Of a stretch of DNA of 64,000 bases, positions 27,809 through 42,019 are shown piece after piece (position 1 is the first letter of the stretch; the number at the start of each line of letters is the position of its first letter). The notes beneath the pieces were generated by a model that worked only from the letters and a program-made list of their open reading frames with translations, did no database searches and was not told where the DNA came from. The translations under genes and the position numbers were made by a program. This DNA comes from Octopus vulgaris (taxonomy: Eukaryota), in contig OX597835.1 of assembly GCA_951406725.2 (NCBI GenBank), forward strand, positions 14,508,001-14,572,000, written 5' to 3'.

Positions 27809-28045
27809 ATGTATGTATGTATGTATGTATGTATGTATGTATATATATATATATATATATATAAATTAATCAAAGGACATACTAAATATGTCTACCTGCT
27901 GGAAATAACAGTCAAAACTCTTATTTAAATCGCCAAAATATAGTATGTCTTTTGATTACTTTTAATCATTCAACAAAATATAATATATATATATATATAT
28001 ATTTGTGTGTGTGTGTGTATATATATATACGTATAAATGTGTATA

Positions 28046-28087
<42 letters not shown>

Positions 28088-28234
28088 TGTGCGTACATAT
28101 ATATGTGTATGTGTGTATATATATATAAATATGTGTATATATATGTATATATATATATGCATATATATATATATATATATATAATACATATATAAATATA
28201 CATATATATATATATATATATTCATATATATATA

Positions 28235-28280
<46 letters not shown>

Positions 28281-28581
28281 CCAAGAGAGGTGAACTATAA
28301 ATTCCGATTTAGATCCTCACATATATTATTCACTTACAACTCTGTAGTATGACATCTGCAACAATGCACAGTTTTTTTTCTATTCTGTGCTATAGGACGC
28401 CATTAAATTCGTTTTCTTTGGACCATATTGCTGCTGTTATTGGATTGTCATCATAGAACACCTTACAGACATTTCGAAAGATAGCAATACATCTTTGTTC
28501 TGATGCGTCTTTGCTGTGACTGCCAGAACAACCATCCCTGCTGCTTCATTGTAAATACTTTTGACGTCAGCGTCATGACTC

Positions 28582-28698
28582 ATGGAAAGGCAGTACATGG
28601 TGTACATTTTTGGACACCTGTTGATGATGGGCATACTGTTGTCTTTTCGTTCTATGACCGCAAAACAGAATTTTATATCACAGCGCGTAGGTTTTGAG
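28582..28698 (+). CDS. Candidate first coding exon with signal-peptide-like N-terminus (MERQYMVYIFGHLLMMGILLSFRSMTAKQNFISQRVGFE); protein not identified
   Basis: Unique sequence with a pyrimidine-rich acceptor ending TATAG at 28395 and an in-frame upstream TGA at 28501. The ATG is followed by G and a hydrophobic stretch. Possible donors are GTAGGT (28687) or GTATCG (28699). No homology recognised. Confidence 0.4.
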
Positions 28699-29024
28699 GT
28701 ATCGCTTTTATTGATCATATATTTAGTAACTGTCTCCTGTTCCTGCATAGCACAGCTACTTTATTAATGAAAGGCAGGACTCCTGCGTAGAACTTAAATA
28801 AATCTCATTGAAAAAACTTACATATACACTTCTCCACCTTTACACACGCACTCTTATAGATTTCTTATGTGTCTATAACTGCTTGTACGAATATGCAATT
28901 TACGTAGTGTATATGTGCACACACACACACACACACACATACACATATATATATACATACATACATACATACATACATACATAATATATATATATATATA
29001 TATATGTATGTATATATATATGTA

Positions 29025-29124
<100 letters not shown>

Positions 29125-29341
29125 GTGTTTGTGCGTATATGCTTGTTGTGTGTGTGTGTGTATGTATGTAATTCTATGTCTGTGTGCGCGTGTAGAATAA
29201 TAAACAGGGAGAAAAGAATACATTTTGCATTTGATTCATAATCTAATTGTTTTCGACAGCTGTTTCAAGGAAATATAAGCGTCACTATCGCTCATAAAAG
29301 CACGTCATTTGCGTAAATAATAATAATAATAACAATAATAA

Positions 29342-29372
<31 letters not shown>

Positions 29373-29635
29373 AATAATGTACGTATATATACACATGTAT
29401 GTATACACACATCTGGGTACACATGTACGTATTTTCATTGTTGGTTAACTTTAAAATTATGAATATACTTTTGCATCTTAAAAATAAATTATAACGTGTT
29501 GATCGCAAGAGTACAGAGGAGACAGCGAATGATTGAGAACCTGATATGCTTGCGTCTATTTCTGTACTGTTATATATCAATTATGTATATATACATGCAT
29601 ATATATGTCTGTGTGTGTATAGGTATATATATATG

Positions 29636-29694
<59 letters not shown>

Positions 29695-29790
29695 CACTGA
29701 AGGAGAGCGTAGTGAATAAATACATTGATTGATTGTTATAGATATGCATAAAATTATATTCGCGTGTGCATGTGCTTCTGTATATATATA

Positions 29791-29824
<34 letters not shown>

Positions 29825-30081
29825 GTATATGTATGTAAATATATATATGTATGTATATGTATGTATATGTATATATATATATATATATGTATGTATATGT
29901 ATGTAAATATATATATATATGTATGTATATGTATGTATATATATATGTATGTACATATGCATGTATATATATATATATATGTACATATGTATGTATATGG
30001 ATATGTGTATATATATATGTATATATACATATATATATATGTACATATGTATGTGTATATATATGTACTAATGTATGTATA

Positions 30082-30130
<49 letters not shown>

Positions 30131-30159
30131 ATATATATGTACTTATGTATGTACATATA

Positions 30160-30190
<31 letters not shown>

Positions 30191-30199
30191 GTAAATGTA

Positions 30200-30632
30200 G
30201 AGTGGCTGTGTGGTAAGTAGCTTGCTTACCAACCACATGGTTCCGGGTTCATTCCCACTGCGTGGCACCTTGGGCAAGTGTCTTCTGCTATAGCCTCGGG
30301 CCGAGGCTAAATCCTTGTGAGTGGATGAGGTGGACGGAAACTGAAAGAAGCCCGTCATATATATGTATGTATGTGTGTGTTTGTGTGTGTGTGTGAGCGT
30401 GTGTAGGGGCGTGTATGTATGTTTGTGTGTCTGTGTTTGTCCCCCCAACATCGCTTGACAACCGATGGTGGTGTGTTTACGTCCCTATAAACTTAGCGGT
30501 TCTGCAATAGAAACCGATAGATTAAGTACTAGGCTTACAAAGAATAAGTCCTGGGATCGATTTGCTCGACTAAAAGCGGTGCTCCAGCATGGCCGCAGTC
30601 AAATGACTGAAACAAGTAAAAGGGCAAAAGGA
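30200..30632 (+). mobile_element. SINE family B, near full length
   Basis: Head GAGTGGCTGTGTGGTAAG...GGTTCATTCCC, central ACCTTGGGCAAGT and tail CAGTCAAATGACTGAAACAAGTAAAA. Confidence 0.88.
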
Positions 30633-30976
30633 GAAAGTGTATATATATGTATATATGCATTTATAATGAATGAAAGAATAGCCATAACTCTTTGACTGCT
30701 ATTTCTAAACTCGGTGTGTGGTGAGGCAAATCGTTGCTAAACCCTTAATTACTTAGTATTACTTAAACCTTCCTCGAATGGGGCTTTTACATGCCGAAAT
30801 CTACTTGGTGAAATTAATGATTATTCCAAATTAATTAATTTCACCCTATATTATTACTGATATACATATATATATATATATGTATATATGTGTATGTATG
30901 TATATATATATATATATATACATACACACATATATATATATACACACATATATACATATATATATGTATATATGTG

Positions 30977-31022
<46 letters not shown>

Positions 31023-31137
31023 CATATATATATATATATATGTGTGTGTGTGTATGCATACATAGATATATGCATATATGCATATACATACATTCTTTAG
31101 AAAAAAGAATGGAAACATGGAACCACTTACACGCACT

Positions 31138-31177
<40 letters not shown>

Positions 31178-31758
31178 CAAACAATGTACCAACACGTTAT
31201 GCGTTTCTATGTAAGCATTAAACTTGTTTCTGCTTCGTTTCCCTTTCTTTTGATTTTTTTTTTTGTGGACATCAGTTTCTGCACTTGACTTTTTCAAGAT
31301 GTCAATAACGACTCATATCAGTTATCCGCAAAAGAGGAAGAAAAAAAAAAAACAAAAAAATTAACATATCATTCGTTTTCTTGTTTTCTTCTTGTTTCTT
31401 ATAATATATTTGTTGTGATCCTCATAAACGCGAAGCACATCACATCTGAAGTGAATGATATATTTGCTATTAAGAGTCGTTCAGACCAAGATAAGCCTCG
31501 TTCAGAATTCGTCCTCAATTACGTTGCATTCCATGTTGGTTTTTTTTTTTTTTTTTTTGGTTTTTTTTTACCTTAGAGTTTTGCTATTGTACATATTAGT
31601 TCTGCATTAATTACCTTAATTAATTTAATGTATTAACTTTGTGGAATGGCTTTCATTTGCTATAAACTGCAGCAGCACGTTTCAACGCAGAAATACAGAC
31701 ACACACATATGTTTATGTATATATATTATTTATTATTATTATTATCATTCTTCTTCTT

Positions 31759-31835
<77 letters not shown>

Positions 31836-31957
31836 CATTATTTTTTTGTTTTTTTTTTCTTCTTCTTTCAAATTTGCTTCCATTTCTTGCCGAGCGTCTT
31901 CCCGACTCCTAGGGCAAAGAAACTCATAGTAGGCCATTAAACCAAACTCAATAGTTC

Positions 31958-32019
<62 letters not shown>

Positions 32020-32096
32020 CATTCAGTAGTCTTATTTTTATAACGTGCTTTCACTTCACTACCGAGCGCAGCTCTGTGTGCCTTGGGTATGTGCTG

Positions 32097-32138
<42 letters not shown>

Positions 32139-32149
32139 ATAATAATAAT

Positions 32150-32360
32150 CCTTTCTAATATAAACACGAGGCCTGAAAGTTGGGGGAGGGGGACATTCGA
32201 TTATGTCGACCCCAGTTTTTTACTGGTACTTAATTTATCAATCCCGAATGATAAAAGGCAAAGTCAACCTCGGTAGAATTTGAACTCAGAACGTAGCGAC
32301 AGGCGAAATACCGCTAATAATTTCGTCCAGTCTGCTAACAATTCTACCAGCTCACCGCAT
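32150..32360 (-). mobile_element. Diverged SINE family C
   Basis: Family C core in reverse complement, between (TTA)n and (TAA)n tracts. Confidence 0.75.
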
Positions 32361-32373
32361 TAATAATAATAAC

Positions 32374-32478
<105 letters not shown>

Positions 32479-32506
32479 AATAATAATAATAATTGCGTTG
32501 CCCTAC

Positions 32507-32705
32507 CAGAAGAAAATTCTAACTGGGCCCCACCTGCAAGGTCATGCACTGTTTATCTTGATATGAGATCACCATGTCGCGCACATTTGGTTGTGATGCA
32601 TGTGCCTGGTGTACCCTTATCAGACGGGTAGTCATGATGGGTATACTGGCCTTCATATATTTTACCCCAGTGCCACTTTGATGGCATGCACTGCTCTCTC
32701 ACTCA
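32507..32705 (+). mobile_element. 5'-truncated retroposon 3' end inserted in (TAA)n
   Basis: Shares sequence with 33304-33478 (CTGGGCCCC...GCTGTTTATCTTGATATGAGATCACCA...CCCAGTG). Both copies end directly in AATAAT. Confidence 0.65.
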
Positions 32706-32717
32706 ATAATAATAATC

Positions 32718-32929
32718 ATTTCTGTTCTAGGCACAAGGCCCGAAATTTTAGGGGATGTGACCTATCGATTAGATCGACTCCAGTACACAACTGGTACTTA
32801 ATCTGTCGACCCCGAAAGGATGAAAAGCAAAGTCGACCTCGGCGGAATTTGAACTCAGAACGTAAAGACAGACGAAATACAGCTAAGCATTTCGCCCGGC
32901 GCGCTAACGTTTCTGCCAGCTCGCCGCCT
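32718..32929 (-). mobile_element. SINE family C
   Basis: Ends GCCAGCTCGCCGCC (head, reverse complement), with the tail CTAGGCACAAGGCC. Confidence 0.85.
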
Positions 32930-32940
32930 TATAATAATAA

Positions 32941-33478
32941 TTGCTCTGATGGAGTACCAGGCAGTGGCTCTCAAGGCTTCTGATCTTAACTGATTGGAAG
33001 TGTTATCATGTACATTGTTTCGTTTTGGTATAAAAGATGGGCTACAGCAGATATTCTGACCAATATCACAGATTTGCAATACCACAGAGTTGTTTGACCT
33101 TAACCAGTTGAGCATGTCCCTTAGTGGCTGACGATATGTGCATCTCTGATCACGAGCAGAAGTCGTGGGGGAGAATCGTAGCCATGTGTTGAGAGGAATT
33201 ATTTGGGGTTTGAATAATTCACCTTTGGAAACATGGGTATTTCGTTCAACATCCTTAAACAACCCTTATTCAGGGACCTTTTAAGCAAGATGGGCTACTC
33301 AACCTGGGCCCCAACTTAAAGATCATGTGCTGTTTATCTTGATATGAGATCACCACGTCGCGCGCAGATGGTTGTGATGCATGTGTTTGGTTTACCCTTA
33401 TCAGACGGGTAGTCACGATGGGTATACTGGGCTTCGTATATTTTTCCCCAGTGTCACATTGATGACATCTCTCAGTCA
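32941..33478 (+). mobile_element. Longer 5'-truncated copy of the same (TAA)n-associated retroposon 3' region
   Basis: The last 175 bp or so match 32520-32705. It is flanked by TAA repeats on both sides. Confidence 0.6.
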
Positions 33479-33520
33479 ATAATAGTAATAATAATAATAA
33501 TAACGATGATGATAATGATG

Positions 33521-33595
<75 letters not shown>

Positions 33596-33681
33596 TTTAA
33601 AGCAATTTTGTTTGGTCCTATGTGACTTACAGTTTCGTAGGCTTCCTACAGAAACGTAGCAAGTCGGGATCATTTAATTAA

Positions 33682-33721
<40 letters not shown>

Positions 33722-34058
33722 ACATACACAACGCGCGCACAAAACATATACACACACGCATACACACACTCACACATATACATTGAAACATTTACATAGA
33801 TATACGCACACATGCATATATTTTATATATGTAGTGAATGTGCATTTATACGCAAATTTTGTATATTTTAGCAATGCATACACACACATCCACATATTGT
33901 GCATATGTAGTGCGTGTGAATATACATACGTATTTTGTGCACAGACATTGTGTTTATAATATATTGTTTGCACATAAACTCATTGGATGCTCAAACTTGT
34001 CTCAAGTCAGTCTATCTATCTATCTCTATTTCTATCTCTATTTATCTATCTATCTACA

Positions 34059-34097
<39 letters not shown>

Positions 34098-34134
34098 GCA
34101 TGTATGCATACATATACATACACACATATATATC

Positions 34135-34165
<31 letters not shown>

Positions 34166-34229
34166 CTTACATGTATACATACATACACATATACCTATAT
34201 ACGTATATGAATGTACATACATTTATTGT

Positions 34230-34276
<47 letters not shown>

Positions 34277-34439
34277 GCGCATACATTTGTATATAATAGT
34301 AATATATATAGATAAAAACACTGAGTATCTTGTGATCCATACATACGCATACACTTATTATTTATATAATGTTTTGCATATACATAAGCATATCGTCTAC
34401 ATTACAGTGCATATGCATATATATATATACATATATACG

Positions 34440-34546
<107 letters not shown>

Positions 34547-34552
34547 TAAATG

Positions 34553-34595
<43 letters not shown>

Positions 34596-34764
34596 TCGCG
34601 CATTCTTTGTTTACAGTGGTGCCAGTTGTATTTGTGTTCATTGAAGGATGCAAAAGTCAACATCGTTTTAACCGCTTTTTATTTATTTATTTATTTTTAT
34701 CAATCCTCAATGTTAATATATGGAAGTCAGAATCGATTATATATATATATACATACATACATAC

Positions 34765-34850
<86 letters not shown>

Positions 34851-37028
34851 TTTATGTATATGTATCGTACTGAAGTATTCGATTGGGAAAATTTTAACAT
34901 AATATTATTTGTGGCCACCAAGCAGAAAATGATTTCGGCATCTCCCCACTAATGTTGCGATGAGGTTCACAACTCCGCTGACTGTCTTTCTAATAAACAT
35001 CAGTAAAATTATCGTATGTGTTTCAATGGAAATATTTCACTGAATGATATATATCTCGACGTAAATCACAGTGAAACCGGTGACTCCGGAACAATTGATC
35101 ACATCTGTCACTGTTTACAATTTATGGTCAGCTTTTTCACTTTTTTTTTTATTCTCCGGTAAAACACAACAATACATCACAACATAGTAAAAGAGGGAAT
35201 CAGACAAAGCGAGGCGTGGGTGGGGGCAATTTATATTTAGACAACGTTTCCAGATAACAAGAGAATCACCGCAATATATCTTTTCACTAGAAACTAATAA
35301 AGATATCTCGATTGATTCACATTTTTTTTTTATTATTATTCGACTCTTTTGGTACCACTAAATTACTTTATATCGATTGTTCCCATTCGGTTTTTAAAGC
35401 TACAAGTCGTTTGTTATTTTATTTATTTATTTGTTAACTACAGTCCAGTATTGGCTTTCTGTTCCTCAATGGTAATTGACTGGTCACGTGATATCCTACA
35501 TTCGTGAATTGAATACCATTGTACCATTGAAATCGGACGCACACATTTACAGTAACCTTCGCACGGATGGGTTTTAAATCATTTCAAGAATTCGACACCA
35601 ACTACTTAGATTTTGCAATACAAGGATACTTTACACCGACAAAGGAATTCTCTCCCTATTGGTTCCAAAATAAGTGGAATTCCGACCACCAACTTTCTAA
35701 AGAATCTACAACAAAAAAGAAGCGATCTGATTGGCTTGTTCGTTACACCGGAAATATTTAAACAACGCCTTCACCTACCCTCCTTTTAATCTGTTATCAG
35801 TATGTAAGCACAGAAGTTCACAATACGCTCTGTTATCTCTACAGTGACATTTCCTACAGAACAGACCAGATAACTGCAACCTATTAAACTTCACACAATC
35901 ATTTAGTTTGCGTCGCAATCTGATATTCAATTTCTACGACAATGAAATAAAGAAAAAAATATCCCCAGATCTAACACGGTCGGATGATTGGCATCTAAGC
36001 CGGCTTGCCTATCTGTTTACCAAGTGAATTTGTTGTGGACACTTTACAGGACTAAAAGCGAGACCTGTCAAAAGTTGAACGAGTTCACTGTAAGCCCACA
36101 AGTGTCGTAAAAACATCCTGCATGTGTGGGCTGCGAACCGTGCAGCCTGTCCACAACCGTAGCCACGAAATCTACAATCAAAGACATACTATACTCTCGA
36201 ATTGGAGCTGACGTTCACGAGAGATGTGGCGTAGAGCGTGAAGATACATCCTAATCTGCTCCGCGGCACAAACCTCTGAAAGTCTACCGTCAACCCATCT
36301 ATGTTTTCTAAGCTAAGTTTCACTGTGTGCTCTAACTTTGCTCCCCAAAGGTGGAATCAATTCCTTCATCGATTCATCTTCCTCAGTTGGAATTGAGAAA
36401 TAATAACATCTATTTCTTTGGTTCAAAGTGTTTCATTCACTCATAAGATCATTTGCTGTCTCTATCGTTCTCCAAACTGGTCCAGTCACCAACAACTATA
36501 ATTTCCTCCAAAATAACCATCTTAGGCTCCAATCATCTTTCTCTCTGAAGTCACCGTATTTAGGAACTTGAATATACAAAACTCCTTCTGACTTATGCAC
36601 ACCACACATAGAAGCTCGGATCCTTTGACACTCATCCTCAATTATCTAAACCAGAAAATATTCACTTCTATCCATATTCAAGATATCAGACACACTAAAC
36701 CTTCTTACTATAACTTCTCCCATTGGTTCGCCAGCTCACATCCTCATACCTCCCAAATAGTAAACCTTCCACCATATCCTCCGCTATTTCGAGACAGCTA
36801 AATGGTCGAAGAACCTCCGGTTTTATGTTGAAAACAGAACACTGCCAACCATTCACGGAAGAAGTTACCAACTCTGACAAATTATCTTAAGTGCAAGCAG
36901 TAGAGACAAAATTTTCAGACATACGAAATATGCTTCGCTTACTTGAACTGCAAGGATTTTTTAAATCCTTCCAAATTTCACCCCCTAAATTCTTACCAAT
37001 TCTCTATCAACCAGGGGCATCATATCTC

Positions 37029-37256
37029 TTTCTTTACCACCCACAAGAGGCTAAACTCAGAGAGGACAAAAATGACAGACAAACAGATTAAGTCGATTAT
37101 ATCGACCCCAGTACGTAACTGGTACTTATTTAATCGACCCCGAAAGGATGAAAGGCAAAGTCGACCTCGGCGGAATTTGAACTCAGAACGTAGCGGCAGA
37201 CAAAATACCGATAAGCATTTCGCCCGGCGTGCTAACGATTCTGCCAGCTCGCCGCC
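37029..37256 (-). mobile_element. SINE family C with 16-bp TSD
   Basis: CCAGGGGCATCATATC occurs at 37011-37026 and 37255-37270. Confidence 0.9.
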
Positions 37257-37589
37257 AGGGGCATCATATCAGTTAGTTCACCAGAGCTAAAATCAGCATA
37301 TCAATTTTCTTTCTCTTTTTTTTTTTAATCCCAATTCACCAATCTGTCCCTATTTCCCCACCCCCACCCCCACCTCCACCCCACCCCCACCCCACCCCTA
37401 ATCACGGTACCAGTAGAAAAACAAGTTTGTGAATCAAACAATTTGCAAAGTCGACCACATAACATATTCTTCTTTGCTCAAAGCATCGTTAGCAACTGTA
37501 CGAATTCCTTTTAGCCATCCAGTCAATGGCATATCTACCGAAAGGCACTCTACAAATGCCGTTCGTTTTGCTTCCGACTCCATATTGTA

Positions 37590-37962
37590 AATAGTTAGTT
37601 AGTTAGTTTGTTAATTTTGGCTCAAAAGCAAATAGCAAGGCCATGTAGGGGGACATGGAGTTAAGTACAGGGTGGTGTTCATGTAAAGAGTTCAGGCCAG
37701 TTGAGGTCAAGGGAGACTTTGAACAAAGCGGTCGTCGGCATCTTCACCATCTTGTCTGGCAGCTTGTTCCACGCAGCTTGATCCGCAACCCGGACGGAGA
37801 AAGCCCCTCTCCTTCGATTGAGATGAAATCGTCGCAGGTAGAGCTTTTCGGAATGACCCCGCAGCCGACGCTCTGGAGCAGGAGTGAAGAACAGCTCTTT
37901 CGAGAGGTTACACTTTCCGCTTATGATGTTGTGAGCGAGAATGAGATCACCACGGCGGCGGC
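37590..37962 (-). mobile_element. 5'-truncated CR1-clade LINE (ORF2 C-terminus, 3' UTR and (TAAC)n tail)
   Basis: RRGDLI...RGHSEKL...FSVRV...WNKLP...FKVSLD is the typical CR1 ORF2 C-terminal motif string. The short tandem tail TAGTTAGTTAG lies near 37592. Confidence 0.85.
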
Positions 37963-38205
37963 AGCTATACTCCACCAATTTCTATGTCACTACTTCACGC
38001 ATCATCACGACGTTCACGTATCTTGTAACATCTTCCAAATTTGAAAAACGTTTCTCTAGTATTTCTAACCCAACAAAGTTAACGGTTAATTACTTGAAGT
38101 CCCCTCGATCTTTGGAAATTTGGGACAAGCGGTGCTGTTGTATTTGAAAGGCACTGTAAGTATTACGTTTCCCAACCTCTTAAAACCTCACATGGCAATC
38201 TCCAA

Positions 38206-38276
<71 letters not shown>

Positions 38277-39068
38277 CACACATACATATACACACAGAGA
38301 TAATTAAAACGTTGATTAAAGTGTAACACAAATATTCTTCATCAGAGACAGGAAATATTTTAGTTTTCTTGGGATAGTGCTATCACCACACACACACACA
38401 CACACACACAACCTGTGCGCACACACACATACATACACAAACACACTCACACACACACACACACAAACACACACACTCACGCACGCACTCCTCTCTCTCT
38501 CATGTGACCAAGTCTAAAAGGTTATCTGCTTGATTGGCAGTCTCGGTCCTCAGCAGGCTTGAACAAATCTCTTTCCTTTTCATTTTCTCTCTCCCTTTCT
38601 CTCTCATATACTTTCTATCTCTCTCCCCCTCCCTCTCTCTCTCTTTCTCCCTCCCCCCCTCTCTCTCTCTCTTAGACATATACTCTCTCCCTCTGAATGC
38701 AGACGCCATACTTATAAACCTTAAACTTCCATACCAAAGCCCGAAGATTCATGATTTTTGTGTGTGAAAGATACAGCCGTGACTTCCCTGCTGCCTTCTG
38801 CTGGTTTATTTAGAATTTCCTCTGCTAGTCTTTTTCTCTCCCGAGTTACCCTTGACGCACAGAGACATCAGGGTATGTGTGACATGTCTCGGGGGCCAGC
38901 TTTCTCCGAGTCTTGTATACTTTAGCCACAGGCGTATCGTCTGTTGTGTGATCCATAACTGAATTCCTTAACAGGTAACTACCACCCCAAATCAAGGCGG
39001 ACTTGATAGTAGCTGTGCTTAAGGGACAACTCTTGCCTTTCAAGCTGCAGTCTCACCACCAGATATAT

Positions 39069-39482
39069 ATTTCTTTACTACTCGCAAGGGGCTAAACACA
39101 GAGGGGACAAACAAGGACAGACAAAGGGATTAAGTCTATTACATCGACCCCAGTGCGTAACTGGTACTTAATTTATCGACCCCGAAAGGATGAAAGGCAA
39201 AGTCGACCTCGGCAGAATTTGAACTCAGAACGTAACGACAGACGAAATACCTATTTCTTTATTACCCACAAGAGGCTAAACACAGAGAGGACAAACAGGG
39301 ACAGACAAAGGGATTAAGTCTATTACATCGACCCCAGTGCGTAACTGGTACTTAATTTATCGACCCCGAAAGGATGAAAGGCAAAGTCGACCTCGGCAGA
39401 ATTTGAACTCAGAACGTAACGGCAGACGAAATACCGCTAAGCATTTCGCCCGGCGCGCTAACGTTTCTGCCAGCTCACCACC
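39069..39482 (-). mobile_element. SINE family C, two-unit form, with 16-bp TSD
   Basis: CTCACCACCAGATATA is duplicated at about 39052 and 39475. The second copy overlaps the SINE 5' end. Confidence 0.88.
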
Positions 39483-39686
39483 AGATATAGTTTACTGTTT
39501 CCCAGAACACTGAACGCCAAATTCACGGAAGCTGCTGTCTTTTCGACACATACTACCTCTCACCTTCAACATCCTGCACTAAACATCTTATTCAACCTTG
39601 CCTACACTAACAGCAGCTGTTGGAATATTTTGATTGTCTGTGTGTTTCATACAGACATTCATCAATGACGTTCAAACTAAACCATA

Positions 39687-39879
39687 GGTGCAGGAGTGGC
39701 TGTGTGGTAAGTAGCTTGCTAACCAACCACATGGTTCCGGGTTCAGTCCCACTGCGTGGCATCTTGGGCAAGTGTCTTCTGCTATAGCCCCGGGCCGACC
39801 AATGCCTTGTGAGTGGATTTGGTAGACGGAAACTGAAAGAAGCCTGTCGTATATATGTATGTATATATATATATGTATG

Positions 39880-39910
<31 letters not shown>

Positions 39911-40127
39911 TTGTGTGTCTGTGTTTGTTCCCCTAGCATTGCTTGACAACCGATGCTGGTGTGTTTACGTCCCCGTCACTTAGCGGTTCGGCAAAAGAGA
40001 CCGATAGAATAAGTACTGGGCTTACAAAGAATAAGTCCCGGGTCGATTTGCTCGACTAAAGGCGGTGCTCCAGCATGGCCGCAAGTCAAATGACTGAAAC
40101 AAGTAAAAGAGTAAAAGAGTAAAGAGT
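39687..40127 (+). mobile_element. Full-length SINE family B (tRNA head, CCTTGGGCAAGT-type core, internal microsatellite, stem-loop tail)
   Basis: A box TGGCTGTGTGG, B box GGTTCAGTCCC and a (GTAAAAGA)n tail. Confidence 0.9.
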
Positions 40128-40642
40128 ATAACTGTACCTGTATCAAATGATGGGGAGAAGGGGACTTGAAAAGATTATAGATTATGTCCTTCCTCCTGGG
40201 CCCACCTTAAAATAAAACAAGATACGGCGTTAATAAGGGTTTAGGGAAAGAAATTAGTGGACAATGCTATTAGAACCATTGAACATCAAAAAATAGGGAA
40301 CAAATGTGACATTATCAGGACACAGACACATCGTTCCCGCTGTACTCTTGTGAAAAAGCAGGTATTATACGGTAAAACTACTCCTTAAAGAGTATAACTG
40401 CCCGTTCGATTGACACGAAAGATTCTGCCACCCACATGAGGGCGTAAATAGTTTAATCTATGATCCGACATGATGGTTACAAAGATAAAAATAGGAGTAG
40501 ACGACTGAGTATCGTTCGTTAGACAACCGGAAATCTGGACAGAGAAACACGAACGATTATAATAAATATTCATCACAGAAAAACGGTCTATTTTCAAAGA
40601 AAAAATGCCAGTTTGAATTTAAATTGAATATTTTAATGATAT

Positions 40643-40947
40643 GTGGAGGCGCAATGGCCTAGTGGTTAGGGCAACGGACTCGCGGTCGTACGATCGCAGT
40701 TTCGATTCCCAGACCGGGCATTGTGAGTGTTTATTGAGCGAAAACGCCTAAAAGCTCCACGAGGCTCCGGCAGGGGGTGGTGATCCCTGCTGTACTCTTT
40801 CACCACTCTTTCTCCCACTCTTTCTTCTGTTGGCCTGCTCGCTTAGCCAGCGGGGTGGCGTCATTCGAAGGCTAAAACAATGCGAACGCATTGTGACCAG
40901 CGATGTATAACTACATCTGATGGACTGGTCGGTCACGTGATCACGTG
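40643..40947 (+). mobile_element. Full-length SINE family A' with 13-bp TSD
   Basis: Same head as 2562-2946 with a different tail. ATTTTAATGATAT occurs at 40630-40642 and 40948-40960. Confidence 0.9.
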
Positions 40948-41133
40948 ATTTTAATGATATAGGTGCAGGCATAGTTGTGTGGTTAAGAAAAGTGTGGTCG
41001 GTGTGGTCTTGCGGTCTTGTGATCATATGGTCATGGGGTCGGTGTGGTCTCGTGGTCATGTCGTCTTGTGGTCAGTGCCACTGCGCGGCACCTTAAGAAA
41101 GCGCCTCCTACTATAGCTCCGGGCCGATAAAAC

Positions 41134-41348
41134 ATTGTGAGAGGATTTGGTAAACGGAAACTAATGGAAACCTGTCGTGCGCTCGCGCGCACGTATGTGT
41201 GTATGAATGTATATATACATATATGAACTTATATATATATATATATATATATATATAAGTTCATATATGTATATATACATTCATACACACATACGTGCAC
41301 GCGAGCGCACGACAGGTTTCCATTAGTTTCCATTTACCAAATCCTCTC

Positions 41349-41353
<5 letters not shown>
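41134..41353. repeat. 220-bp near-perfect palindrome centred on (TA)n, inside an old family B SINE
   Basis: The arms differ at about 2 positions, and there is no spacer other than the TA tract. Confidence 0.92.
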
Positions 41354-41389
<36 letters not shown>

Positions 41390-41427
41390 TGATATATATT
41401 TATATACTGATATATATGTATATACTG

Positions 41428-41493
<66 letters not shown>

Positions 41494-42019
41494 ATGCATA
41501 TATATATATATATATTCATACATGTATGCATATATACATGTTTGTGTATGTCTGTATGTATGCATGTATGAATGTTTGTATGGTGTGTCGTTGTGTTTGC
41601 GTTTGTTCCCACCGCTTGGCAACTAGTGTTGGTTTGTTTACGTCTCCCACAACTAAGCGGTTCGGCATAAGTGAGAGAGAGAGAAAAAAAATTAGAAAAC
41701 GCACTGACATTCATCTATTCGACTATAAAAGGGGAAGAAAAAAATCCTTCAAAGCGATGCCCCAGCATGACCGCAATCAAATGACTGAAACAAGTAAAAT
41801 AATTTAAAAAATCAACAACAACAAAAACAGATCACAGATAATGAATGACATTATCTTGTGAAATCTTAGAAAAGGCAGAGGTTCACATTATTAGACAGAT
41901 TCAATCAAGTATGAACTGAAGGGAACTAGAATAATCGACATACACTAACTTCTACGAGGAAGCATCAGTTAAATACAGACTTCCTGACATTCTCTCGTTC
42001 TTTATTGCGTTTTTCTAAC

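Noticed and set aside
36300-36960. Possible decayed LINE endonuclease region
   Set aside because: Only a vague resemblance, with many stops. It needs a profile-HMM search to support a call.
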